Shown here in pieces: positions 23,501 through 31,723 of a stretch of DNA of 35,196 nucleotides. Position 1 is the stretch's first letter; each line of letters opens with the position of its first letter. Made by a program: the position numbers and the translations under genes. Below the pieces are notes generated by a model. The model was given only the letters and a program-made list of their open reading frames with translations, was not told the DNA's origin and made no database searches. The DNA is from a virus (Duplodnaviria > Caudoviricetes): positions 1 to 35,196 of IMG/VR virus record IMGVR_UViG_3300025875_000071; one strand, 5' to 3'.

Positions 23501-25891
23501 TTGACCAGCGAAGTTGCACGACGCTTCAACGACGAGCAGGTGATCGCGCTCGCGAAGCGCGCGATCGAACCGGACGTCGCGCACGAGTTCGGCGTCATCT
23601 CGGTGACGCAGCCCGCCGACCTGCCCGCCGGGTCGCCGGAGTACTGGACGCAGGGAAACGGATACCTGCCCGGACTGCTGTTCCCGTACCGGTCCCCGGA
23701 CGGTGAGACCGTCACGTATCAGCTTCGGCCCGACACGCCGGTGCAGTACGACGGCGACACGAAGAAGTACGTCTTCCCGAAGGACGCGCCGTCGATCCTG
23801 AACGCGGCGCGCGTCGGCGACGACGACGCACCGCTGATGATCGTCGAAGGCACGTGTCAGACGATCGCCGCTGCGCAGTACGCGCCGCTCGGCTTCAGCG
23901 TCTACGGCATCGCCGGTGCGCAGTCGTGGATGAAGCGGGGCGTGCCGACGCGCGACCTCGCCGTCGTCGACGGGCGCGACGTCTTCATCGTGCTGGACGC
24001 CGACGCGGCGACGAACCTCGCCGTCTACACGGCAGGCGTTCAGCTCCGTGAAGCGTGCATCGCGCAGGGTGCCGAGAGCGTGCGCTTCGTCCGCATCCCC
24101 GGATCGAAGAACACCGGTCTCGACGACGTGCTCGCCGCCGAGACGCCGGAGCGCCGGGGCAAGTACCTGACGCGGCTCGTCGAGCTGACGCGCAACCGCC
24201 CGAAGGCGGAGAAGCCGGAGCTGCCCGCCGCGTCGAAGCCGAAGCCGAAGAAGGCGGGCGACGACGGCGACGGCTCGCCGTTCTTCGACGGCGAGAAGCT
24301 GAAGGTGCAGACGCTCGCCGAGCACGTCGTCGGCGCGCAGCCCGCTGCGCTCACGCGCGAGGACAAGGTCGCGCTGTACAAGGACGGCGTGTACCGCATC
24401 GACGGGAAGGGTTTCCTGTCGACCGTCACGAACCTGCTCGGCGAGGACTTCAGGTCGTCGCACCTGACGAACGCCGAGATGTTCGCCGTCGGTCGTCTCG
24501 CCGCCGCCGGGAACTACCTCACCGACCGCATCGACGAACCGCTGATGAACTGTCGCAACGGGATGGTCGACCTGCGCACGGGCGAGCTGATCGAGCACGA
24601 CCCGAAGTACCGCTCGTCGGTGCAGTTCCCCGTCGACTACGACCCGAACGCGACGTGCCCGACGTACGAGCAGTGGACGAAGGAACAGATCGGGGATCAG
24701 CTCGACGATCTCGAAGAGTCGGTCGCGGTGATGCTCGACCCGTCGCAGACGCCGACGAAGGCTGTCTTCCTGTTCGGTCCCTCGCGCTCCGGCAAGTCGA
24801 CGTTCCTGCGCGTCCTGATGGACGTCGCGGGCGACGAGAACACGAGCGCCGTCAGCCTGCACGCGCTCGCCGAAGATCGCTTCGCCGCTGCGAACGTGTA
24901 CGGCAAGGCGCTGAACGTGTCCGCCGACCTGAAGGCCGCGCACGTCGACGACATCTCGATGTTCAAGCTGATGACCGGCGAGGACTTGATTCAGGCGAAC
25001 CGGAAGTACGGCTCGCAGTTCGCGTTCACGAACCGGGCGCTGTTCGCCTTCAGCGCGAACGAGCTTCCCACGGTCGGCGAGTCGTCGCGGGCGTACAGCG
25101 AGCGCATCAAGCCGTTCCTGTTCCCGAACAGCTTCGCGGGGCGCGAGAACCCGGCGCTCGAAGTCGCCATTCGTGCCGAGCTGCCCGGCATCCTCGTGCG
25201 GTGGGTCAAGGCGTGGCAGCGCCGGACGGAGCGGGGCGCAGCACTGCCCACGAACAACGCCGTGCGCGAGAAGTTCGAGCAGGCGAGTGACCGCGTCCGC
25301 GCCTTCGTGGCGGAGTGCTGCGAGATCATCCCCGTGCAGACGGGGCAGGGCGGGACGAAGGGCGCGACGGAGTCGACGACGACGGAGCTGTACCGCGCGT
25401 TCTGCGACTGGACGTCTGACGAGGGTCGTACGCCTATGGCGAAGGGCAAGGTGCGCGACCGCCTGCGCAGCGTGCCCGGCGTCGTCGAAGCCACGTCGGC
25501 GGGCAAGTCGCGCGGGTGGAACGTCCGCGTGCGCCCGCGCAGCGAGTGGTCGACCGGGACGGGCGGGGACGGGCCGGACATCGGCAGTTCCGAGACCGGG
25601 CCGGATAGCAACTCACCGGAGGATGGAACTTTGTCCGTTTCAGACCACCCTACGCCCGTCGGGAACGATGTTCTTCCGAACAAGATCAGCGAAGAAGTGT
25701 CCGTCGTGGGAGTGGGTAGGGTAGGCGGAAACGGACAAAGTTCCACGATCGACGACCTGCTGACGACGCTCGCCGCCGAGCCGCCGGTCGACCTGTGCCC
25801 CGACTGCGACCGCCCGCGCGACCTCGTGCCGCCTGCGCTGTTCTGGCGCGCCTGCCGCCACTGCACGCCCGCGACCTTCGACCGGACGTGA
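23501..25891 (+). CDS. DNA primase-helicase (TOPRIM/DUF3854-like, D5-N, SF3 helicase, C-terminal Zn finger)
   Basis: AAGGA RBS and TTG start; motifs IVEG, IVLDAD, GLDD, NCRNGMVDLRTGEL, Walker A GPSRSGKST, KLMTGED, FSANELP, CPDC...CRHC. Confidence 0.9.
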   Translation: MTSEVARRFNDEQVIALAKRAIEPDVAHEFGVISVTQPADLPAGSPEYWTQGNGYLPGLLFPYRSPDGETVTYQLRPDTPVQYDGDTKKYVFPKDAPSILNAARVGDDDAPLMIVEGTCQTIAAAQYAPLGFSVYGIAGAQSWMKRGVPTRDLAVVDGRDVFIVLDADAATNLAVYTAGVQLREACIAQGAESVRFVRIPGSKNTGLDDVLAAETPERRGKYLTRLVELTRNRPKAEKPELPAASKPKPKKAGDDGDGSPFFDGEKLKVQTLAEHVVGAQPAALTREDKVALYKDGVYRIDGKGFLSTVTNLLGEDFRSSHLTNAEMFAVGRLAAAGNYLTDRIDEPLMNCRNGMVDLRTGELIEHDPKYRSSVQFPVDYDPNATCPTYEQWTKEQIGDQLDDLEESVAVMLDPSQTPTKAVFLFGPSRSGKSTFLRVLMDVAGDENTSAVSLHALAEDRFAAANVYGKALNVSADLKAAHVDDISMFKLMTGEDLIQANRKYGSQFAFTNRALFAFSANELPTVGESSRAYSERIKPFLFPNSFAGRENPALEVAIRAELPGILVRWVKAWQRRTERGAALPTNNAVREKFEQASDRVRAFVAECCEIIPVQTGQGGTKGATESTTTELYRAFCDWTSDEGRTPMAKGKVRDRLRSVPGVVEATSAGKSRGWNVRVRPRSEWSTGTGGDGPDIGSSETGPDSNSPEDGTLSVSDHPTPVGNDVLPNKISEEVSVVGVGRVGGNGQSSTIDDLLTTLAAEPPVDLCPDCDRPRDLVPPALFWRACRHCTPATFDRT
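25624..25745. repeat. 122-bp inverted-arm element, copy 2 (ori-like, in frame within primase-helicase)
   Basis: Same perfect 18-bp arms (25624-25641 and 25728-25745) and 86-bp spacer. 25624-25669 matches the reverse complement of 6689-6734 at 45 of 46 nt. Confidence 0.92.
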
Positions 25892-25929
25892 CGGGCCGGA
25901 GGCGGTCGACCCCGCCGACCGTCCGCATG

Positions 25930-25944
25930 GTGTACGATGGTCAC
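25930..25944 (+). promoter_or_regulatory. 15-bp promoter/operator box GTGTACGATGGTCAC abutting ATG
   Basis: Identical to the minus-strand box at 21295-21309. Confidence 0.8.
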
Positions 25945-26136
25945 ATGGACGCACTGAAGAAGCTCGCGCTGCACGTGGCGCTGTTCGTCGCCGTGTGGCT
26001 GCTCGCCGCCGGTCTGTTCGGTCTGCTGATGTGGTGGACCGACTTCACGACGTCGCCGTGGTACATCGACGCGATCGGCGCAGGTCTCGGCGTCGCCGCC
26101 GTCACGCTGTACGAGAGGATGAAGGCAACCCGATGA
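25945..26136 (+). CDS. Small 2-TM membrane protein (leaderless)
   Basis: Two hydrophobic segments; ATGA overlap with the polymerase gene. Confidence 0.7.
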   Translation: MDALKKLALHVALFVAVWLLAAGLFGLLMWWTDFTTSPWYIDAIGAGLGVAAVTLYERMKATR

Positions 26137-28016
26137 ACACGTACATGACGACGGTCGGCGGCGAGGACGTCGCCGTTCACGTCGGCCCGGACTTCGGTCC
26201 GCTGCCCGCGCCCGGCGTGCTCGGTCTCGACGTCGAGTCGCGGTACCTGACGGACCGGTCGCAGTTCGACCCCGACTTCAAGGTGCGGACGGTGCAGTTC
26301 GCGACGGAGACCGAAGCGTTCGTCTTCGACGTGCGCGACGCCTCGCAGCGTCGGCTCGCCGTCTCGATCCTGAACGACGTCCGCTTCTCGTTCTGCTCGC
26401 ACACGAACATGGACGTGCTGTCCGTCTTCGTCGAGTTCGGGATCGACATCGCCGACCGGAACATCGACACGCGGGCGCTCGCGATCATGGCGGACCCCGA
26501 CAAGGACAACGACCGCGACCTGAAGACGCTCGGCACGAACTACGGGATGCCGGAGCTGTCGCAGGACGACGAGTCGCTGTACGGGTGGATGCTCGCGCGG
26601 TGGGTCGCTGACGGTGGGCGCAAGAACGCGGCGCGCGCTGCGATCGAAGAAGCCGGGTGGAACGCGCTCGCCGAGATGCCCGCCGACGAGCTGCCCGACC
26701 GCTTCTTCATCTACGCGGGCAAGGACGCGATCGTTTGCCGTCGCCTGCTGCCGCTGCTGATCCCGGCGACGTGCGCGCCTGCCGAGCTGCTGCGCATCGA
26801 ACAGTGGCTTGCCGCCCGGTGCAACCGCATACAGATGCGGGGACTGCGCGTCGACACGAACGAACTCAACTCGCTGCTCGCGCACGCTCGTGCCGAGACC
26901 GGCGACGCCGAGCGGGCGGCGAAGGAACTCACAGGCGGCATCACGCTGCGGTCGCCGAAGTTGCAGGGATGGTTCGCCGAGCACGGTGTCGAGTGGGCCG
27001 ACTGGCACGGGGCGTTCACGCCCGCCGGTAAGCCGTCGCTCGCGAAGGAGAACGTGAAGCTGATCGGCGACTTCCCGCTCGACGCCGACGGGCGCGCCGT
27101 CTTCGACGCGCTGCTGAAGTTCCGTGCGTCGCTCGACCTGCTGAACAAGTGCGAGGGCATCAGCGCCCGCATCGTCGACGGTCGGATTCACCCGCTGCTG
27201 AACCCGGTCGGCGCGACGACGACGGCGCGTATGTCGTCGAGCGGGCCGAACCTTCAGAACATGAGCAAGAGCGACCGCCGGATGCGCGGCATGTTCCTGC
27301 CCGACGAGGGTCACGAGCTGTGGACGATCGACTTCGATCAGGTCGAGCTTCGCGTCGTCGCCGGTCTCGCTCGCGAAGAGAAGATGATCGAAACGATTCT
27401 CGCCGGTGGTGACCTGCATCAGCTCACCGTCGACGAACTCGCCGAGATGGGCGTCACGATCACGCGGCAGACAGGGAAGATGGCTAACTTCCTGATCGTG
27501 TACGGCGGCGGCGGTAAGGCGCTCGCCGAGCAGGCGGGCATCCCGCTCGAAGTCGCGACGGAGGTCGTGTACGGCATCAGGGAGCGGTATCCCGCGATCA
27601 ACGCGCTGACGCAGTACATGGGTTCGATGCGCGACGAGGTCCGCACGATCTCCGGTCGTCGCCTGCCCGTCACGCGCGTAAAGGGCACCGGCTCGCGTGC
27701 GGGCGACCTGCGCACGTACGCGAACGTGAACTACCTCGTGCAGTCGTCGGCGCGCGAACTGCTCGTCGATGCGTGGCACCGCTTCGAGCACGACTTCGGG
27801 CACGACGGTGTCGTGTGGTGGCCGGTACACGACGAACTCGTGCTTCAGGTTCCGCACGGCAACGCCGAGCAGATCATCAAGGACGCCGAACAGTCGATGA
27901 CGCTCGACTTCATGGGCGTGCCCATCACGGCGAGCGCGGTTAGGCTCGTCGACGAACAGGGCGTCAGCCGGTGGATGCCGGGCGACGTCGCCGAGAAGAT
28001 CGCGAAGGGTGCATGA
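26133..28016 (+). CDS. polA: Family A DNA polymerase with 3'-5' exonuclease domain
   Basis: Exo I GLDVES, exo III YAGKDA, motif A DFDQVELRV, motif B RQTGKMANFLIVYG, motif C VHDEL, and RMSSSGPNLQN. Confidence 0.95.
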   Translation: MNTYMTTVGGEDVAVHVGPDFGPLPAPGVLGLDVESRYLTDRSQFDPDFKVRTVQFATETEAFVFDVRDASQRRLAVSILNDVRFSFCSHTNMDVLSVFVEFGIDIADRNIDTRALAIMADPDKDNDRDLKTLGTNYGMPELSQDDESLYGWMLARWVADGGRKNAARAAIEEAGWNALAEMPADELPDRFFIYAGKDAIVCRRLLPLLIPATCAPAELLRIEQWLAARCNRIQMRGLRVDTNELNSLLAHARAETGDAERAAKELTGGITLRSPKLQGWFAEHGVEWADWHGAFTPAGKPSLAKENVKLIGDFPLDADGRAVFDALLKFRASLDLLNKCEGISARIVDGRIHPLLNPVGATTTARMSSSGPNLQNMSKSDRRMRGMFLPDEGHELWTIDFDQVELRVVAGLAREEKMIETILAGGDLHQLTVDELAEMGVTITRQTGKMANFLIVYGGGGKALAEQAGIPLEVATEVVYGIRERYPAINALTQYMGSMRDEVRTISGRRLPVTRVKGTGSRAGDLRTYANVNYLVQSSARELLVDAWHRFEHDFGHDGVVWWPVHDELVLQVPHGNAEQIIKDAEQSMTLDFMGVPITASAVRLVDEQGVSRWMPGDVAEKIAKGA

Positions 28017-28150
28017 TGCTGAACCCGTTCGGCGAGATCGTCGCCGCCATACTCGAAGGGCGCGTCGTCGTCGAACAGTCGATGCCGTCGCGCAACAGCG
28101 GAACGGTGCGCTACCGCATCAAGGTCGACCCGAAGGAGACGAAGAAGTGA
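28013..28150 (+). CDS. Small hypothetical protein (45 aa, not in ORF track)
   Basis: ATGA overlap with polA and GTGA overlap with the next gene; MMLNPFGEIVAAILEGRVVVEQSMPSRNSGTVRYRIKVDPKETKK. Confidence 0.6.
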   Translation: MMLNPFGEIVAAILEGRVVVEQSMPSRNSGTVRYRIKVDPKETKK

Positions 28151-28320
28151 CGACGAGGACGTTCACGGCGCGGTACCCCGGCGAGTGCGACGACTGCGGT
28201 TTCGCGTTCGACGAGGGCGACACGGTCGGGTACGACGACGACAACAACCTGTCGCACGCGCGCTGTCTCGACGAAGCCGCCGACCGGGCGTCGAAGTCGC
28301 TCGACACCGACCCGTTCTGA
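28147..28320 (+). CDS. Small Zn-binding hypothetical protein
   Basis: AAGGAG RBS; ARYPGECDDCG...HARC motif. Confidence 0.7.
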   Translation: MTTRTFTARYPGECDDCGFAFDEGDTVGYDDDNNLSHARCLDEAADRASKSLDTDPF

Positions 28321-28817
28321 TGGGCGACACGTGGCAGTACGCGAAGGCGGCACCGACGCCGGGGCGCGTGTGCGTCGACTGCACGACCGAAGGCGTGGCG
28401 ACGCAGCGTCCCGCGCCCTTCCCCGGTCCCCGGTGCGCGACTCACGACCGCATCGCCACGAAGGCGGCGAAGAAGCGCACGAAGGCGAAGCGCGTCGAGA
28501 ACACGTACAGCATCACGAGCGAGCAGTACGACGAGCTGTACCGGGCGCAGGGCGGTCGATGCTTCGGCTGCCGTCGCGCGACCGGCGCGTCGAAGCGCCT
28601 CGCCGTCGACCACGATCACGCCTGCTGCCCCGGTCCGAAGTCGTGCGGCAAGTGCGTGCGTGGGTTGCTGTGCGACTACTGCAACCGCACGCTCGGTCAC
28701 TACCGCGACGACCCCGCCGCCTTCGAGCGCATGGCGGGTTACCTGCGACACTGGCCTTCCCGCCGGGCCGGAGTGGTCCCGCCGCCCGATCGCGTGTACA
28801 GTGGTCACCATGACTGA
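28320..28817 (+). CDS. Recombination endonuclease VII-like protein
   Basis: YSITSEQYDELYRAQGGRCFGC...LAVDHDH...VRGLLCDYCNRTLG. Confidence 0.92.
   Translation: MGDTWQYAKAAPTPGRVCVDCTTEGVATQRPAPFPGPRCATHDRIATKAAKKRTKAKRVENTYSITSEQYDELYRAQGGRCFGCRRATGASKRLAVDHDHACCPGPKSCGKCVRGLLCDYCNRTLGHYRDDPAAFERMAGYLRHWPSRRAGVVPPPDRVYSGHHD
28794..28808 (+). promoter_or_regulatory. 15-bp promoter/operator box GTGTACAGTGGTCAC before HTH gene
   Basis: TACAGT -10 box 7 nt before ATG 28810. Confidence 0.75.
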
Positions 28818-29025
28818 CACGCAGCCCGTCGACCTCGTCGGCGTCGCCGAGATCGCCGACGCGCTCGGCGTGCCTCGCACGACAGTGAGCATGTGGGCAG
28901 CCCGGCGCGCCGCGTCCGGCTTCCCGTTGCCGCTGAACGACCTCGCGATGGGTCCGGTGTACAGCCTCACCGCTGTGCGCGAGTGGCACGCCGCCCGATA
29001 CGGGAAGGGAGGTACTTCCCCGTGA
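28810..29025 (+). CDS. Helix-turn-helix DNA-binding protein (AlpA/Xis-like)
   Basis: LVGVAEIADALGVPRTTVSMWAARR...FPLP...GPVY...VREW. Confidence 0.85.
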   Translation: MTDTQPVDLVGVAEIADALGVPRTTVSMWAARRAASGFPLPLNDLAMGPVYSLTAVREWHAARYGKGGTSP

Positions 29026-29111
29026 ACATGGCTGACGCGCTCGTGCAGATCGCTTTCATGGTGTTCTGCGCGTTCATCGTGTGGTGCGTTCTGCGCGCAG
29101 GCGAGAGGTAA
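29022..29111 (+). CDS. Very small single-TM peptide
   Basis: GGAGG RBS, GTGA overlap; LVQIAFMVFCAFIVWCVL. Confidence 0.55.
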   Translation: MNMADALVQIAFMVFCAFIVWCVLRAGER

Positions 29112-29119
29112 GTTCGCAC

Positions 29120-29674
29120 ATGAAGTTCGGGAGGGATGCGGGCATGGGCAGCGAAGTGGTTATCGGCGGGACGAGCAAGCGTCACAGCGGCAAGGGTCGC
29201 GACGACCGGCGTCACCTGGGCGAGATCATCCTGTCGAAGAGGACAGCGGGCGAACCGATGTACCTCATTGCCGCCGAGCTGCGCATCAGCGAGGACACGG
29301 CGCGCAACTACATGAAGCTCGCGCTTGACGCCCGCATCCCTCCCACGGTGGACGAGTACCGCCGCGTGCAGAACGAACAGCTCGACCAGCGCGAGCAGGC
29401 GCTACGGGCACAGGTCAGCGCGTGCGACGCGATTCTGACGATGCCCGACGTGACCGCGTCGATGATGCTGTCGGCGATGTCCGAGCGGCGTCAGACGATC
29501 GCGACGCTGATCCGGCTCGACGAGCGCCGGGCGAAGCTCAACGGCACCGACGCGCCCGTGCGGTCCGACGTCACGGTCACGATGCAGGACGGCGAGGACG
29601 CCGAGCTTCAGGAGATGATCGCCGAGCAGCGCGCGGCGGCTGCCGCTGCCGCTGCCGCGCAGCAGACGTCGTGA
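29120..29674 (+). CDS. Putative terminase small subunit
   Basis: N-terminal HTH (IAAELRISEDTAR) and LDERRAKLNGTDAP; directly upstream of and overlapping TerL. Alternative start at 29144. Confidence 0.75.
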   Translation: MKFGRDAGMGSEVVIGGTSKRHSGKGRDDRRHLGEIILSKRTAGEPMYLIAAELRISEDTARNYMKLALDARIPPTVDEYRRVQNEQLDQREQALRAQVSACDAILTMPDVTASMMLSAMSERRQTIATLIRLDERRAKLNGTDAPVRSDVTVTMQDGEDAELQEMIAEQRAAAAAAAAAQQTS

Positions 29675-31155
29675 CGTTCGAGTACCGCGCCGATCGCTCC
29701 GTCGGATGGAACCGTAAGGCCGCGTCGATCGCCGACCCTATGGCGTTCGCGCGCATCTACCTGTCGCACCATCTCCGGTCGGAAGAGACCGGCGGCGAGA
29801 TGACGTTCAGCGAAGTGCATCATTCGTGGTGCGAGCACGCGAAGTCGTGGATGCTGCCGATCGGCGAGCCGATGCAGTACCGCGACGCTTTCGTCGCGCC
29901 GCGCTCGATGGGCAAGTCGACGTGGTGGTTCCTGATCCTTCCGATGTGGGCGGCTGCCTTCGGGTACGTCAAGTTCGCCGCCGCGTTCGCTGACAGCGCA
30001 ACGCAGGCCGAAGCGCACCTTCAGACGTTCAAGCACGAGCTTGACACGAACGAGAAGCTGCGCGCCGACTTCCCCGAACTCGTGACGCCCGCCCGCCGTC
30101 CGCGCGGTACGCAGGTCGCTGACAACCGCGCGATGCTGTTCACGTCGAGCGGGTTCGTGTTCGCCGCCCGTGGCATCGACTCGTCGTCGCTCGGTATGAA
30201 GGTCGGCGAGCGTCGGCCCGATCTCCTGATCTTCGACGACATCGAGCCGGACGAGTCGTCGTACAGTGCCGACCTCGCGAAGAAGCGGCTCGGCACGCTG
30301 ACGGACGCGATCTTCCCGCTGAACATCAACGCGCGGGTCGTGATCGCGGGCACGGTCACGATGCCCGGCTCGATCGTTCATCAGCTCGTGCGCAGCGTTC
30401 GCGAGACCGGCGCGCCTGAACAGTGGATCGTCGACGAGAAGGTGAAGTGCCACTACTACGACCCAATCGTCACTGACGAAACGACGGGCGAAGAGCGGTC
30501 CGTGTGGCCCGGTCGATGGTCGCTGGACTTCCTGCGCTCGATCCGGCACACGGCGAGCTTCGCGAAGAACTACGCGAACGACCCGCGCGGCATCAACGGG
30601 GCGTATTGGTCCGCCGACGACTACACGTACGGCGACGACGGCGAGGCAGCCGGGCACCGGTGGCTGATCTCGATCGACCCCGCCGTGACGACGAAGAAGT
30701 CGAGCGACTTCACGGGCGTGTCGGTGGTGAGCTGCCGCCGCGACGGCTCGAAGGCTGTCGTCCACTACGCGACCGAAGTCAAGGTGAAGGGCGACGGGCT
30801 GCGCGAACTCGTGTTGCAGTTGCTCGACACGTTCCCCGAAGTCGGCTTGATCCTGATCGAGAGCAATCAGGGCGGCGAAGTGTGGGGCACCGTCCTGCAC
30901 CATCTCCCCGTGAAGATCAAGGCTGTACACAACACGCTGAAGAAGGAGCACCGGGCGTCGCAGGCGCACACGCATTATCAGCGCGGGCGCGTCCTGCACG
31001 CGAAGCGGCTCGACCGGCTCGAAGAGCAGCAGATCGCGTTCCCGAAGGCACCGCACGATGACATGGTCGACAGCGTCGGCACCGCGCTGATCTACTTTCT
31101 TGGTCCCCGGCGTGTCGCGCCGAAGGGTGGTGCGACGTCGTCGTCGTATGTGTAA
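29671..31155 (+). CDS. terL: Terminase large subunit
   Basis: Walker A APRSMGKST, Walker B LLIFDDIE, nuclease motifs ISIDPA, SDFTG, IESNQGG, HDDMVD. Confidence 0.93.
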   Translation: MTFEYRADRSVGWNRKAASIADPMAFARIYLSHHLRSEETGGEMTFSEVHHSWCEHAKSWMLPIGEPMQYRDAFVAPRSMGKSTWWFLILPMWAAAFGYVKFAAAFADSATQAEAHLQTFKHELDTNEKLRADFPELVTPARRPRGTQVADNRAMLFTSSGFVFAARGIDSSSLGMKVGERRPDLLIFDDIEPDESSYSADLAKKRLGTLTDAIFPLNINARVVIAGTVTMPGSIVHQLVRSVRETGAPEQWIVDEKVKCHYYDPIVTDETTGEERSVWPGRWSLDFLRSIRHTASFAKNYANDPRGINGAYWSADDYTYGDDGEAAGHRWLISIDPAVTTKKSSDFTGVSVVSCRRDGSKAVVHYATEVKVKGDGLRELVLQLLDTFPEVGLILIESNQGGEVWGTVLHHLPVKIKAVHNTLKKEHRASQAHTHYQRGRVLHAKRLDRLEEQQIAFPKAPHDDMVDSVGTALIYFLGPRRVAPKGGATSSSYV

Positions 31156-31164
31156 GCTATGCAC
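31150..31164 (+). promoter_or_regulatory. 15-bp promoter/operator box GTGTAAGCTATGCAC overlapping the TerL stop
   Basis: TAAGCT -10 box 7 nt before ATG 31166; 14 of 15 nt identical to the 23430 box. Confidence 0.7.
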
Positions 31165-31165
31165 C

Positions 31166-31459
31166 ATGAACAACGACACGAACGTCATCGACCTGACCGA
31201 CCGCATCGTCACCACGGAGCTGCCCGCGCAGCGCGTCGAGACCGCGATCATCCCCGCGCAGTCCGCGCCGGACGACACGGTTCGCATCCCGACGTACATG
31301 GGTGAGCCGATGCTGCCGCCGGTCCCGTCCCGCCCCGGCGCGCTGCCGCTGCTCGGCTCGCGTCACGCCGTCCCGACCGGCGCGCGTCGCAAGGCCGCGA
31401 TCGCGGCTGCGATGCCCGTCGGCGCGGCGCTCGCCTTCGTCTCGCAGGTGATCGGCTGA
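31166..31459 (+). CDS. Hypothetical protein with C-terminal hydrophobic segment (leaderless)
   Basis: Start defined by the promoter box; TGATG coupling to the next gene. Confidence 0.65.
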   Translation: MNNDTNVIDLTDRIVTTELPAQRVETAIIPAQSAPDDTVRIPTYMGEPMLPPVPSRPGALPLLGSRHAVPTGARRKAAIAAAMPVGAALAFVSQVIG

Positions 31460-31662
31460 TGAAGATCAAGCTGTACGGCGGTCCCGGCGACGGGATGACG
31501 GCGTCGCTCGACATCGACGAGATCGGCGTGTTCGCGTACGAACACGAGCTGCCCGACAGGACGTGCGACACGGTGCTGTACTTCCGGCACCCGACGCACT
31601 GTGGACACGCCGACTGCCCGGTCGCGTTCGTTCACCCGTCCCTTCAGGGCAAGATCGGATGA
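31459..31662 (+). CDS. Small hypothetical protein
   Basis: LYGGPGDG N-terminal motif; AGGTG RBS. Confidence 0.65.
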   Translation: MKIKLYGGPGDGMTASLDIDEIGVFAYEHELPDRTCDTVLYFRHPTHCGHADCPVAFVHPSLQGKIG

Positions 31663-31671
31663 CCTTCCGCT

Positions 31672-31706
31672 GCCGCCCCGTCTGCCTCCCCGGTAGGCGG
31701 GGCGGT
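31672..31706 (+). terminator. Stem-loop before portal promoter
   Basis: gccgccccgtctgcc-tcccc-ggtaggcggggcggt, immediately followed by TATGGT (31711-31716). Confidence 0.65.
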
Positions 31707-31723
31707 GCGGTATGGTACAGGGC

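Noticed and set aside
21710-24943. Giant overlapping 1393-aa and 1055-aa ORFs suggesting helicase-primase fusions
   Set aside because: The N-terminal extensions are antisense shadows of each other. RBS-supported starts are at 23501 (+) and 23386 (-).
25624-25745. Protelomerase (telRL) or integrase attachment site
   Set aside because: The arms are separated by 86 bp instead of forming a continuous palindrome, and no tyrosine or serine recombinase or protelomerase gene is recognisable.
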